20,000 bases of DNA from an uncultured virus (IMG/VR IMGVR_UViG_3300049255_000202) (IMGVR_UViG_3300049255_000202); one strand, 5' to 3'. Positions 8,084 through 16,646 are shown, counted from the stretch's first letter. Translations and numbers: made by a program. The notes: generated by a model from the sequence alone, not told the origin.

Positions 8084-8291
8084 ATGCGAACGGCCATCCG
8101 AGCGCTGAGCGCTTGGTCAAGGGCGGCGAAACCCCGGCGCACCGCTGGAGGATGAGAGCGCGCGATTCGAGGGAGAGGCCCCCGTTGGCCTTCGCCTGAC
8201 GAACGGTGTCTCGGAGCGCATCGACGAGTTCCGTGTGCAGCTCGCGCATGGGCGAGGGCTTCTGGTCGCTCGGGAGCTGGTCGGGCCTCAT
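8062..8291 (-). CDS. Hypothetical protein; 3' end uncertain (frameshift ~8130)
   Basis: MRPDQLPSDQKPSPMRELHTELVDALRDTV...; ATGA overlap with the upstream gene. Confidence 0.5.
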
Positions 8292-8509
8292 CGGAGGATC
8301 GATACCACGCCCATGTCGAACGCGGTCGGGATGCCCCACTTCGCCTTGAGCTTGTCCGCGATCCCGCCCGGAGCGAGCACGAGTTTGTACCAGTCGGCCG
8401 GGTAGCCCCCGCCGTGGGCCTGCTTGATGACGAGAGTGGCGCGATCCCAGGCGTCGGGTCCGTCGCACGCTTCGAGCATCCTGACTTCGGCCTCTGAGAG
8501 ATTCGACAT
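8288..8509 (-). CDS. Hypothetical protein (73 aa)
   Basis: Clean ORF; GGTGTA 12 nt upstream. Confidence 0.75.
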   Translation of the reverse strand: MSNLSEAEVRMLEACDGPDAWDRATLVIKQAHGGGYPADWYKLVLAPGGIADKLKAKWGIPTAFDMGVVSILR

Positions 8510-8573
8510 AGTGCGGCCTCATACACCGCACTGCGTCTCGCTCGTCCCCCAAATCGTGCTAGGATGGGGCTCC

Positions 8574-8783
8574 GTGAGTGCCGGAGTCGTCTACGAAAGG
8601 GTCGAGCGCAACGCCGCTTCAATGGTCGGCCCGCTCCCGTCTACCCAGTCGGTGCGGCACCGCGATTGGTGCTGCGGCATCCACGGCGCGGCCCGACACC
8701 GCAAGGGCATCAAGCGCGGGACGAGCGCAGCCCGCCGCCGGTTCGAGAAGGTCGTCATCCAGCGAGAGCTGGCCGACCTCTAG
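8574..8783 (+). CDS. Basic hypothetical protein
   Basis: ...RHRDWCCGIHGAARHRKGIKRGTSAARRRFEK; TGCTAGGAT extended -10-like element upstream; start uncertain. Confidence 0.5.
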   Translation: MSAGVVYERVERNAASMVGPLPSTQSVRHRDWCCGIHGAARHRKGIKRGTSAARRRFEKVVIQRELADL

Positions 8784-8968
8784 CCGATCGCGCGGTAGCG
8801 ACCGTCGTCGCCGGCCTTGATGAAGATGCCGTTCGCGGCGCGGAAGACGTCCTCGAACGGGACGCCCCACCCGAGCGCCTTGTACTCGGCTTGGATCTCG
8901 TCCTTCGTCAGCGGCTTCTCGCGACACACGGCCCGCATGTCGAGGATAGGGTCTCCGAGGCTCTTCAT
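8780..8968 (-). CDS. Hypothetical protein (62 aa)
   Basis: Clean ORF; GGTGTA 11 nt upstream; stop shares CTAG with the convergent gene. Confidence 0.7.
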   Translation of the reverse strand: MKSLGDPILDMRAVCREKPLTKDEIQAEYKALGWGVPFEDVFRAANGIFIKAGDDGRYRAIG

Positions 8969-9014
8969 GGCTCGGCCTCTACACCAAGGATCTACTTCTA
9001 GGGCCGGCAGGGTG

Positions 9015-9320
9015 ATGGGCTACTCCTACGACCGCACGGCCGCCGAGAAACTCGGACCCGAGGAGAAGAAGGGCCTCGACTGGCTTTTCCACGAGCGAGC
9101 GAAGGCGATCGAGTCGGCCATGAGCGGCCTCGGGAAGAAGCTCAAAGAACTCGACAAGGAGTTCGACGACAAGTTCAAGCACGTCAACCGCGCCCTGGTC
9201 CATGCGACCCTGGCCGAGGTGGACGCGAAGAACGACCACGGGTTCTGGCGGCAGGTCGAGCCGTACTACTCGGACGAGGAGGACGTCTACTGGGTGTCCG
9301 AGACCTCGGACCACTTCTAG
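9015..9320 (+). CDS. Hypothetical protein
   Basis: MGYSYDRTAAEKLGPEEKKGLDWLFHER...; strong GC3 bias. Confidence 0.8.
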   Translation: MGYSYDRTAAEKLGPEEKKGLDWLFHERAKAIESAMSGLGKKLKELDKEFDDKFKHVNRALVHATLAEVDAKNDHGFWRQVEPYYSDEEDVYWVSETSDHF

Positions 9321-9542
9321 GGGCCGGCGTCGCCCATCCGCTGCTCGAACCGCTCGACGGCCTGCCCAAATTCCTCGACGGACCGATGGAGGCTCGCGGC
9401 GGCCGGAGCGAGCTTCGGTAGCCCCGTGACCTCTTCGTTGAGCCGGTGAACACGCTCGGCGAGGATGAGGGCGCCAACCGCTTCCGCACCCCACAACGAT
9501 GAGGGCGATGGTGCGGAGAGTGGCTTGGCTCGGCCAACGCAT
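9317..9542 (-). CDS. Small membrane protein; frameshift at the G-run ~9490
   Basis: MRWPSQATLRTIALIVV joins GAEAVGALILAERVHRL...ERFEQRMGDAGP-TAG; GATGTA variant motif 12 nt upstream. Confidence 0.6.
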
Positions 9543-9672
9543 GGGAGTATGCCCTACATCACGCAGTTGCTCCGGCCTCGTGCGGTGGGACCGCGCGATG
9601 GGCGTCTTCGTCTTCAACGTCTATCTTGCCGACGCGAATTGATCGCGACGTCGGCCGGGGCCTAGTAGAGCC

Positions 9673-9904
9673 ATGAACGCACTCCCCCACTCTCTCCGCA
9701 AAGCCTTGGCCGAGTACGAGGACGGACTCGTGAAGCTCGGCTTCACGAAGGACGAGGCGTGGCTTGCGTCCAACGGTGGGCCGAGCTTCGTCGGTCGCCT
9801 CGCGGCCAAGCGTGGCACGGTGCGGATCATCGTGGCTGACGAGCGCGTGTCCGTGATCGCCTTCGAGGGGGCCGTCGGGCGGGGCGCCGTCGAGTGGGAG
9901 GCGC
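9673..9904 (+). pseudogene. Hypothetical gene interrupted by the MTase fragment
   Basis: MNALPHSLRKALAEYEDGLVKLGF...AVEWEAR, then runs out of frame into the MTase sequence. Confidence 0.55.
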
Positions 9905-11341
9905 GTCTACATCGATCCGCCGTTCATGGTGAACAACGACTTCATGGCGGACAACGCCATCGACATCGAGCTGGACGACGATGAGGACGTTCAGGCCAAG
10001 AAGGAGCCGTCGCTCGTCGAGATCCTCGCGTACAAAGACACGTGGCGGCAGGGGCTCGACTCGTTCCTCTCGATGCTCCGAGAGCGCCTCGTTCTCTTGA
10101 AGGATCTGCTCGCGCCAAGAGGCAGCATCTACGTCCACCTCGATTGGCACGCGGTTCACTACGTGAAGGTCTTGATGGACGACATCTTCGGGTACGAGCG
10201 CTTCTCGAACGAGATCATCTGGAAGCGGCGCACCGGCTACATGGGTACCTTCAACAAGCTCGGGTCGGTCACCGACACGCTCTTGGACGCGCAAGAGACT
10301 CATCCAACTCCATGGCCAGCCGAAGCCGCCGCTGAAACCACAGTTCGACTTCGTTGAGTGCCCAAAGTGCAAGAACATCGAGCGCAAGGAGAAGGCGCAG
10401 AAGAGCCGGGAGACCTTCAATGTTCGCCCCTTCACGGTCGAGAACATGGGCGTGTATCAGCGCGCCGAGCAGTGGCAGGACTTTCAGACCCGGCGGAGCC
10501 GCTACCGCGACGAGATGATCAAGGTGTTCGGCGGCGAGGTCGTGAACCACTCGCACCTGCTTCACGGTCGGAAGGGCCACTCGTGGGTGCATATCGGCCC
10601 GCTCGACGGGCCCGTGTCGGTCGCGCAGGTCTGGTCGATCGCGCGCGAGGCGCAACGCACCGACATGAAGGCGGTGACGGTCCTCTCGGCCGACTTCGAC
10701 ACACTCTCGGGTTCGGAGAAGGACGATCAAGGGGGCGACCGGCGTCGCGGTCACGATCCGAGTGATCCCCAAGAACGCCATCGACGAGGTGAAGCGCCGC
10801 TTGGAGATGCTGCGCGCCAAACCCCGACGCGCCCGTCGAGTCGATGGCGATCCCGGCGTTCTATGCGCCGCTGGCGATCCGGCTCGGCAGCCGCGTCTCG
10901 GGTCGCATGGTGCGGCTCACCCTCGAGCGGTGCGAGGTCGACATCGAGTCGTTCATCGCGAGCCAGCGTCCCGTGCTCAAGGCCGTTGCGCCGGGAATGT
11001 CCGCCGCCGCGAAGAAGAAGGCGCAGGCGGAGATCGACAAGTGGGAGACGCGCAAGCGCGAGCTGGAGAAGTGGCTCGCCAAGGCGAACACCTGGCAGAA
11101 ATTCGTGGACTTCTGGGCCGTCGACTGGGACTACCGCAGCCGTCCCGACGTTGACGATCGCCCGATCTTCGAGACCGACTGGCAGTCGTTCCGCGTGCGC
11201 AAGGGCAAGGGCGAGGTGGAGCCGCTCGTGCTCACCGCCGAGTACAAGTACGAGCAGCCGGGGCAGTACCAGGTCGCCGCGCGCGTGACGGACGTCTTCG
11301 GCAACGACGGCATCGCCACCGTCACCGCAGAGGTGAAGTGA
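9905..11341 (+). pseudogene. Type III Mod-like adenine DNA methyltransferase remnant (N-terminus and motif I region missing)
   Basis: VYIDPPF (9905-9925), AYKDTW, GSIYVHLDWH, VKVLMDDIFG, FSNEIIWKR; jump at ~10286 to TRKRLI...PFTVENMGVY; C-terminal VDFWAVDWDY, WQSFR, VTDVFGND; frameshifts at ~10727 and ~10820; no FxGxG motif. Confidence 0.85.
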
Positions 11342-11420
11342 TGGCTCCGTCATCTGCGCCGCCGCCGCCCTTCCCCTTTGTGCGCGTTCACCATGAAGCT
11401 CGAACCGAACAGGACCTCCA

Positions 11421-11627
11421 CTAGGCGGCCCGACAAACCGGAGAGTACATGTGCTCGACGAGACACTTGGCGCAGATGCGCGGGCGGACTTCGACGTCCG
11501 CTGGCCACTCGTCCCGCGGGAGGATCTTGCCGTCGACGACCGGGAGAGCCCAGGTCTCGCCGTGCTTCTCACACTGAACCGTGAGCTTCTTCAAGCAGGA
11601 GCAACCTTTCCCAGGACGTGCGGCCAT
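11421..11627 (-). CDS. Small Cys-rich protein
   Basis: CSC...CEKHG...ICAKC; start uncertain. Confidence 0.5.
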   Translation of the reverse strand: MAARPGKGCSCLKKLTVQCEKHGETWALPVVDGKILPRDEWPADVEVRPRICAKCLVEHMYSPVCRAA

Positions 11628-11964
11628 GGCCCACGATCGGTGGCCCTGGCTCGAATGGCCTGGCGGTGGACCCATCGATGTACACCAGGTGCCCGCCGTA
11701 GCGCTGGATGAGGCCGAGTGCGGCATCGAGTCCGGCGACCCATGCGTAGCGGAAACGGCCCTCGACATCGAACACGTGAACGCGGTCGGGGGAGCTTTGG
11801 TACCACTGGGCTGCGGCCGGGAATAGGCCCCACGCGATGACCGTGTGCTCCGGCCCGCTCTGCCCCGAGCCCGAAGGCCTGAAGCCGCTGATGTGAAGGT
11901 AGAGCCCCTCCTCGTCGCGGATGACGTAGTAGTTCTGCCTGTCTACGGCCGTGCCGCGGATCAC
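11569..11964 (-). CDS. Hypothetical protein
   Basis: GTGA coupling to the upstream gene; NYYVIRDEEGLYL...; 3' end uncertain. Confidence 0.65.
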   Translation of the reverse strand: MIRGTAVDRQNYYVIRDEEGLYLHISGFRPSGSGQSGPEHTVIAWGLFPAAAQWYQSSPDRVHVFDVEGRFRYAWVAGLDAALGLIQRYGGHLVYIDGSTARPFEPGPPIVGHGRTSWERLLLLEEAHGSV

Positions 11965-12404
11965 GAGAGGGTGCTCCCTTCACGGCGCGTCTCGATCGCC
12001 ATCGAGACGCACGTCTCGACCCACTCGGGGTTCACCGAAGTGCCGTCCGGACCGATAGCGAGGTCGGGTTTCGGCTCCATCATCACGATGAACTCCGGCG
12101 AGTTCGACTTGTACATGAACCATGCGAGGCACGTATCACCGTCACCCCACGGAAAAGGGAAGGTCTCCATGTGCTCGCGGTCGAGGAGTCGCCCGACGCC
12201 GTACCGCACCTTGTGGAGCGCCACGGTCTCGATGCGGCCCGTGGGGAAGATCTCAGCCCACCGGGCACGCAGAGCTTCCGTCGCACGCCAGGACTGGCTG
12301 TCGACGGGAAGCGTCCACGCTTCATCGTGGTCAAGAGGCGCCGACACGACCTTGCCCTCCATCGGCGTGCCGTCGACGACGATCTCTACGGTGCCGCCGA
12401 TCAT
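11961..12404 (-). CDS. Hypothetical protein (147 aa; may extend to ~12468)
   Basis: Long GC3-rich ORF. Confidence 0.7.
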   Translation of the reverse strand: MIGGTVEIVVDGTPMEGKVVSAPLDHDEAWTLPVDSQSWRATEALRARWAEIFPTGRIETVALHKVRYGVGRLLDREHMETFPFPWGDGDTCLAWFMYKSNSPEFIVMMEPKPDLAIGPDGTSVNPEWVETCVSMAIETRREGSTLS

Positions 12405-12469
12405 CCACGTGCCCGTGCGACACCTTCCACCGCGGGTCTTTCGGAGCGACGCTCATCGATGCCTCCATG

Positions 12470-12808
12470 CTAGCCCGAGAACGGGACTTCGTCCTCGTAC
12501 TGCGGTTGCGGGCGCCTCTCGTACTCTTTGATCATCATCTCGAGCTTGGCATCCGCCTCGTCTTGAAGGGCGCCCATCTCCTCGCCCCCGTGCTGCTCGG
12601 CGTACTCGAGGAACTGCTCTAGCCGGCGCTCGGGTGTCCCCTTGAACTGGTGCTTCGTCTTGCGCCACAGGGCCTGGAGGTGCGGCGGGAGGTTGACGAT
12701 GACGGCCTCTTCACGCTCGCGGCGATGTTCCCATCCGCCGGGCGTGCCGTAGCCCTCACGTTCGAGGAAACGGGCCAGAACTCGGGGTGTGAGGGCGTCC
12801 ACGCCCAT
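12470..12808 (-). CDS. Hypothetical protein
   Basis: MGVDALTPRVLARFLER...QYEDEVPFSG; GC3-rich. Confidence 0.75.
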   Translation of the reverse strand: MGVDALTPRVLARFLEREGYGTPGGWEHRREREEAVIVNLPPHLQALWRKTKHQFKGTPERRLEQFLEYAEQHGGEEMGALQDEADAKLEMMIKEYERRPQPQYEDEVPFSG

Positions 12809-12842
12809 GCCGGCCCATCGAAAGATCGGTGTAGGCTCGACC

Positions 12843-13190
12843 GTGGCCGATCGACCTCTCCCCTCTTGGGCCGTCCAGGGAACGAAGATCATGCCCGCCT
12901 CCGACCGGGGCCGCGAGAAGTTCGCATGGTTCTCGAAAGAGAACGAGATCAGCTACGGCCTCGTGAACTCGGTCGAACCGCCGGGCGGCTACGAAGGCGG
13001 CATCGCGATCCACGTGGTGATGTACGACGTCCACGGCAACCCCAAGAAAGTCGGCGCGGTCGGCGCGATCCCGTGCTTCACGATCCTCAAGCGCGAGGAC
13101 GGGGTGATGACCCTCGTCGCCCCGCCGACCGCGTGGGAACGGCTTCTGGGATTCCCGACCGTGTGGTCCCACGTGCTCGGCGACGACTAA
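12843..13190 (+). CDS. Hypothetical protein
   Basis: GTG start 9 nt after GGTGTA; ADRPLPSWAVQGTKI... Confidence 0.75.
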   Translation: MADRPLPSWAVQGTKIMPASDRGREKFAWFSKENEISYGLVNSVEPPGGYEGGIAIHVVMYDVHGNPKKVGAVGAIPCFTILKREDGVMTLVAPPTAWERLLGFPTVWSHVLGDD

Positions 13191-13291
13191 AAACGGCGGC
13201 TCTTCGTGCGCGTCGAGGCGAGCCACTCGCCGTAGGGCTGCCAGTCCTCGTCGTCCCAGTCCTTCCCGCGGTGCTTGTACCAGAAGTTCAT
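13187..13291 (-). CDS. Small protein MNFWYKHRGKDWDDEDWQPYGEWLASTRTKSRRF
   Basis: GC3-rich; stop overlaps the convergent stop (CTAA). Confidence 0.45.
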   Translation of the reverse strand: MNFWYKHRGKDWDDEDWQPYGEWLASTRTKSRRF

Positions 13292-13301
13292 CCCACCCTA
13301 G

Positions 13302-13539
13302 ATGCGAGCGTTCTCGTGGATCGTCTGCCGAGACGGCACGGCCGAAGCGTCATTCCCCCACGGCCGAGGTCGCGCAAGCGTACATCCGCTCGGTGCTCCA
13401 AGGGTTCGAGTACGGCTCGACGACGTGGTGGGTTCACCACCGGCCTGGTTGGCACCGTGAGGCAACGCCCCACGGAGCGAGTCAGCCCCTGAACCGTGCG
13501 TTGCGGAAGGGTTGGCGAGCTTCGTGGGCCTCACGGTAG
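13302..13539 (+). CDS. Hypothetical protein; frameshift at the C-run 13355-13359
   Basis: MRAFSWIVCRDGTAEASFP joins TAEVAQAYIRSVLQGFEYGSTTWWV; the 3' half overlaps a long hairpin. Confidence 0.45.
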
Positions 13540-13547
13540 ACGCCGGT
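13439..13547 (+). ncRNA. Putative long rod-like structured RNA
   Basis: Nested helices of 6, 9, 10, 8 and 4 bp with G-U pairs that favour the plus strand. Confidence 0.5.
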
Positions 13548-13579
13548 TGATCGCCCGCGCATAGGAGCCTAGTACGACC

Positions 13580-13888
13580 ATGAGCAACGGACTCCATACC
13601 GTCGAAGTTCGCCGTGGGAACCTCAAGGCCGTTGCGCACGGCTCGCACGATGTGAGCGTGTACGACTTGGAGGACGACGACCGCGAGGTCTACCACTGTG
13701 GCGAGCTGGACGAGGCCGTCGCGTGGATGGAGCGGGTGAACGCCTCGACCGAACCGGCTCCCGCCGAGCCCCCGTGCGGCCCGGCGTGCCCCGTTTGCGG
13801 AGGCGAGGGGAAGCCGCTCGGGCGACTCGGCCGCCGCGTCCACTTCCGCTGCCGCGATTGCGGCTCGGACTTTTCCGAGGCCGTCTGA
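13580..13888 (+). CDS. Zinc-finger protein (CPVCG...CRDCG)
   Basis: AGGAG upstream; two CxxC motifs. Confidence 0.8.
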   Translation: MSNGLHTVEVRRGNLKAVAHGSHDVSVYDLEDDDREVYHCGELDEAVAWMERVNASTEPAPAEPPCGPACPVCGGEGKPLGRLGRRVHFRCRDCGSDFSEAV

Positions 13889-14326
13889 TGCCCTCCCGCC
13901 ACTACAAGCCGGCGGGAGGGCCGAATCGACTACAAGCCCGATTCGGCCCGCACGTGGCGCGGCAAGAGCTTCCGCAAGGGCGGGGAGCCCGTCCGCGACC
14001 TTCCCGTCGAGGCGGCCCGCCTGGGGCTCTCCCGAGGGACCTCGCGGCCCGTAATGTGCTCGTTGGCCGGGAGCGTGAACCGGACGCAGAGCGCGTTGTC
14101 CTCCGTGTTGCCGATCTCGATGCACGATGGGCCGCTCACTTGGAGCATTTGTGGCTGCTCGGGTTCGTTGGCTCGCTCGGCAAGAACGACGGGTACCGCG
14201 AGGGGACGAGGGACGGGCTTGGACGCGGGACATCGTGAGGGACGCGAGGAGGCGATCTACGAGCACGCGGGCGACCGTCACGAGCATGGCGGCGAAGAGG
14301 CATCCAAGACCGAGCCAAAGGCTCAT
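13888..14326 (+). CDS. Hypothetical protein, multiply frameshifted; end uncertain
   Basis: TGATG coupling; protein-like segments GRIDYKPDSARTWRGKSFRKGG / DLDARWAAHLEHLWLLGFVGSLGKNDGY. Confidence 0.4.
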
Positions 14327-14601
14327 CGGAACATCTCGTTGTCGCCGGACCATAACATGCGCGTGTCCGCGGGGAAGATGCAGTAGTAGTCGATGTCCGC
14401 GAACTTCGTCTTCTCCGTCCCGTTGTGCGTGCGCTCGGCCCAGTGCGTGAGCACGTGGAGCTTGTCGCCCGTCACGCAGTCGCACCAGCACCCGTCCATC
14501 CCGTCCCAAACACGGAGCGTGAACTTCGTGTTCGCCGTGAAGAGGTCCGGCGCGGGACGCATCACCTTCGTGTAGAGCGCTTCGAGGTCCGCGACTCGCA
14601 T
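14323..14601 (-). CDS. Hypothetical protein (92 aa)
   Basis: FTLRVWDGMDGCWCDC...DIDYYCIFPADTRMLWS; clean ORF. Confidence 0.8.
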   Translation of the reverse strand: MRVADLEALYTKVMRPAPDLFTANTKFTLRVWDGMDGCWCDCVTGDKLHVLTHWAERTHNGTEKTKFADIDYYCIFPADTRMLWSGDNEMFR

Positions 14602-14608
14602 TTGCCCC

Positions 14609-14989
14609 TCAGAGTAGGCTAAGGCGCTCCGGCGCCTTCTTGGGTGCGCGTTGAGCGGCCGGGCGCTCGGTCTTCGTCTCGACGGGCTCCGGCTCGGGCT
14701 CGTCCGGCTCGACGACGGCCGGGGCTGCCGACGGCTTCCAGTCCGAGGGCGGGTGCTTAAGCTTCACCTTTTTGCCGCACTCGCACTTGTCGGGGATCTC
14801 GTTGAACCACGCCTTGCGCTGGGAGCCGAACGTCCCGTCCCGGTGCAGGTGGACGTCCGGCTGCTGGCCCTTGGGAATCACGAACACGTTGATCCCGTAC
14901 TCGTCCTGCTCGCGCCATGTCTCCCCTCCTTGGTCGCGCGCCTCGTTGACCATCGTGTTGTAGTCGCACAGGTGACAGAGGTCGCTCAT
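14609..14989 (-). CDS. Hypothetical Cys-containing protein with a Pro/Glu-rich tail
   Basis: AAGGA SD; CHLC...CEC. Confidence 0.8.
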   Translation of the reverse strand: MSDLCHLCDYNTMVNEARDQGGETWREQDEYGINVFVIPKGQQPDVHLHRDGTFGSQRKAWFNEIPDKCECGKKVKLKHPPSDWKPSAAPAVVEPDEPEPEPVETKTERPAAQRAPKKAPERLSLL

Positions 14990-14996
14990 TCGTCCT

Positions 14997-15623
14997 TTAC
15001 TGACTCCTACACCGATTGCGGATGAGAGGGCGATCTCGCCAGTGGTCGCTCAGGACTTTCGTGTAGCCCTCCCGGTGCGCCTTCATGCGTCCGACGATGC
15101 CCGAGCCGTCCTCGACTCGCACGTAGACGCCCTCCATCCAGTCCGAGTCATCCGTCTCTGGCATGATGGCCGCGAGCGGGACCCTCAAGAGGGCGATGGA
15201 CTCCGCGAGAGCCTCGCGCCACCGACTCGTCTTGTACCGGCTCGGCCCCGTGAACGATCCGAACGCGGGCGCCTTGCCGAACTGGCCCGACCACAAGCGA
15301 GCCACGATCGAAACGTTCGCCCGAGTGAGCACCTCGTCACGCGCACGCACTCCGAGGAACCGCTCGCTCGGCCTGTCGAGCACGTCGTAGCCGATGAACC
15401 AGTCAGGCAGGGCGTCGTAGAACGCCTTGTGCTTGGCGAAGCACCATTCACCGTAGAGCACGTAGCGATCCCCAAGAGCGTCACGTAGCGCATCCATGCG
15501 TGAGGCGGCCCACCCGTGGAAGGGCGCGAACTGTCGCTCGCCGGCTCCGCCCCGTAGGACGTGGCCTCGCGATTGTAGACGAAGCTCTCCGTCCTCGAAC
15601 CAGATGCCGGAAGCTAGGCTCAC
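14997..15623 (-). pseudogene. Rnl2-like RNA ligase family protein, N-terminally truncated
   Basis: SGIWF, LQSRGHVL, YVLYGEWCFAKH..FYDALP, FIGYDVLD, MEGVYVRVE, GRMK; nucleotidyltransferase motif I (KxDG) is absent upstream of SGIWF. Confidence 0.8.
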
Positions 15624-15789
15624 CGCGCCCCCGATTTCGTTTCCGCGCTCTCGGCTAAGCGCTCGGATTTCTTCTCATTTGCGTCATGACGTGATACCTC
15701 CGAGCGCACGGCAGATTTGCATTCGGCGGCGCGTGCGCTAGCCTCACGTCGTCCCTCGTTAGGACCGCGTGAGGCTCACCGCCGAACGT

Positions 15790-15824
15790 GATGAAACCCC
15801 CGTCCTACCGGGGGTTTCGTCGTT
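15790..15824 (+). terminator. Intrinsic terminator-like hairpin
   Basis: GATGAAACCCCCG-TCCTAC-CGGGGGTTTCGTC followed by GTTT. Confidence 0.6.
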
Positions 15825-16127
15825 TAACGGCTTCTACGGCGCCGCGTGCGTCCCTCCATTGGCGAGGACGTAGACCCCGCTGCCGTGAACGAGCCCCTGG
15901 TGTGCCCGCATCTACCGGCGAGCACGGAGCCCACGTGCCATCACCGCCTCGAAAGCAGCCATGAGGAAAGGCTGAGCCCGGCCCGTTTCGCGGCCTTGTC
16001 CATCAAGGTCTTCTGGGCCGGTGTGCACCGAAGCCGGATGCTGTCTGTCTTTCCACGCCTTGACGACGCGGACGCTTGTTGCTGTGGCAACAAACGGCCT
16101 GCGCTTGACACGTACAAGTGTCCCTAC

Positions 16128-16268
16128 ATGGCCGCGAAGAAGCCCAAAAGGCAACTTGTTGCTACAAATGTCCTCATGGGCATGGACGACGCACTCCTCA
16201 AGGCGACTCGGGAGCAACGTGCTGCGCTGGCGCTTGCTCGCCATCTCGCCCGAGAGGGTCGAGCTTAA
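16128..16268 (+). CDS. Small basic protein
   Basis: MAAKKPKRQLVATNVLMGMDDALLKATREQRAALALARHLAREGRA. Confidence 0.5.
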   Translation: MAAKKPKRQLVATNVLMGMDDALLKATREQRAALALARHLAREGRA

Positions 16269-16272
16269 GATC

Positions 16273-16514
16273 GTGCCCCACGTCTCGAAACGGCTGGCCC
16301 TCGCGAGGGACACCATCGAGGTAGTCGTGCGCCGCCTATCGGCGTTGATGCCGTCGCCCGAGGTCGAGGAGCTTTGGCGCCGCGTCGAGGACTGCCGCCA
16401 GCAGGTTGATGGGTGGGCGCACAAGCCCCCGAGCGTCGAGGAGCGTGAAACTGTCATGAAGCGCGTCCTCGGGCTGCACACCGCCGTCGCAAGCTCGAAC
16501 GCAAGGACGGCTAG
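16273..16514 (+). CDS. Small helical hypothetical protein; frameshift ~16490
   Basis: MPHVSKRLALARDTIEVVVRRLSAL...KRVLGLHTAVA joins KLERKDG-TAG. Confidence 0.6.
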
Positions 16515-16646
16515 GGTTTGCCGCAGAACTCCTCGACGATGCCCGCAGGAGCCGGTGTGCCCCCATGTGCCAACTTGGCATGGCCCGAGCACACGACCAC
16601 CGGCAACGTCGCCAGCCGTTGCGATTCGCCAAGCACGGCCAGGAAC

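Noticed and set aside
13439..13547. 6S RNA or SRP RNA identity for the rod hairpin
   Set aside because: Too short and no large central bubble for 6S; no GGAA tetraloop or AGCAG motif for SRP
13298..14509. 403-aa minus-strand ORF and similar long Arg/Pro/Gly-rich ORFs
   Set aside because: Shadow ORFs typical of high-GC DNA that overlap better-supported genes
16105..16123. TTGACA promoter with a GACAC-N6-GTGTC palindrome
   Set aside because: No -10 box at 16-18 nt spacing
15891..16566. Loose direct repeat GAGCC...GGTGTGCCC.CAT (15891 and 16549) flanking two small ORFs
   Set aside because: Short, gapped and GC-rich; insufficient for an att site or target duplication
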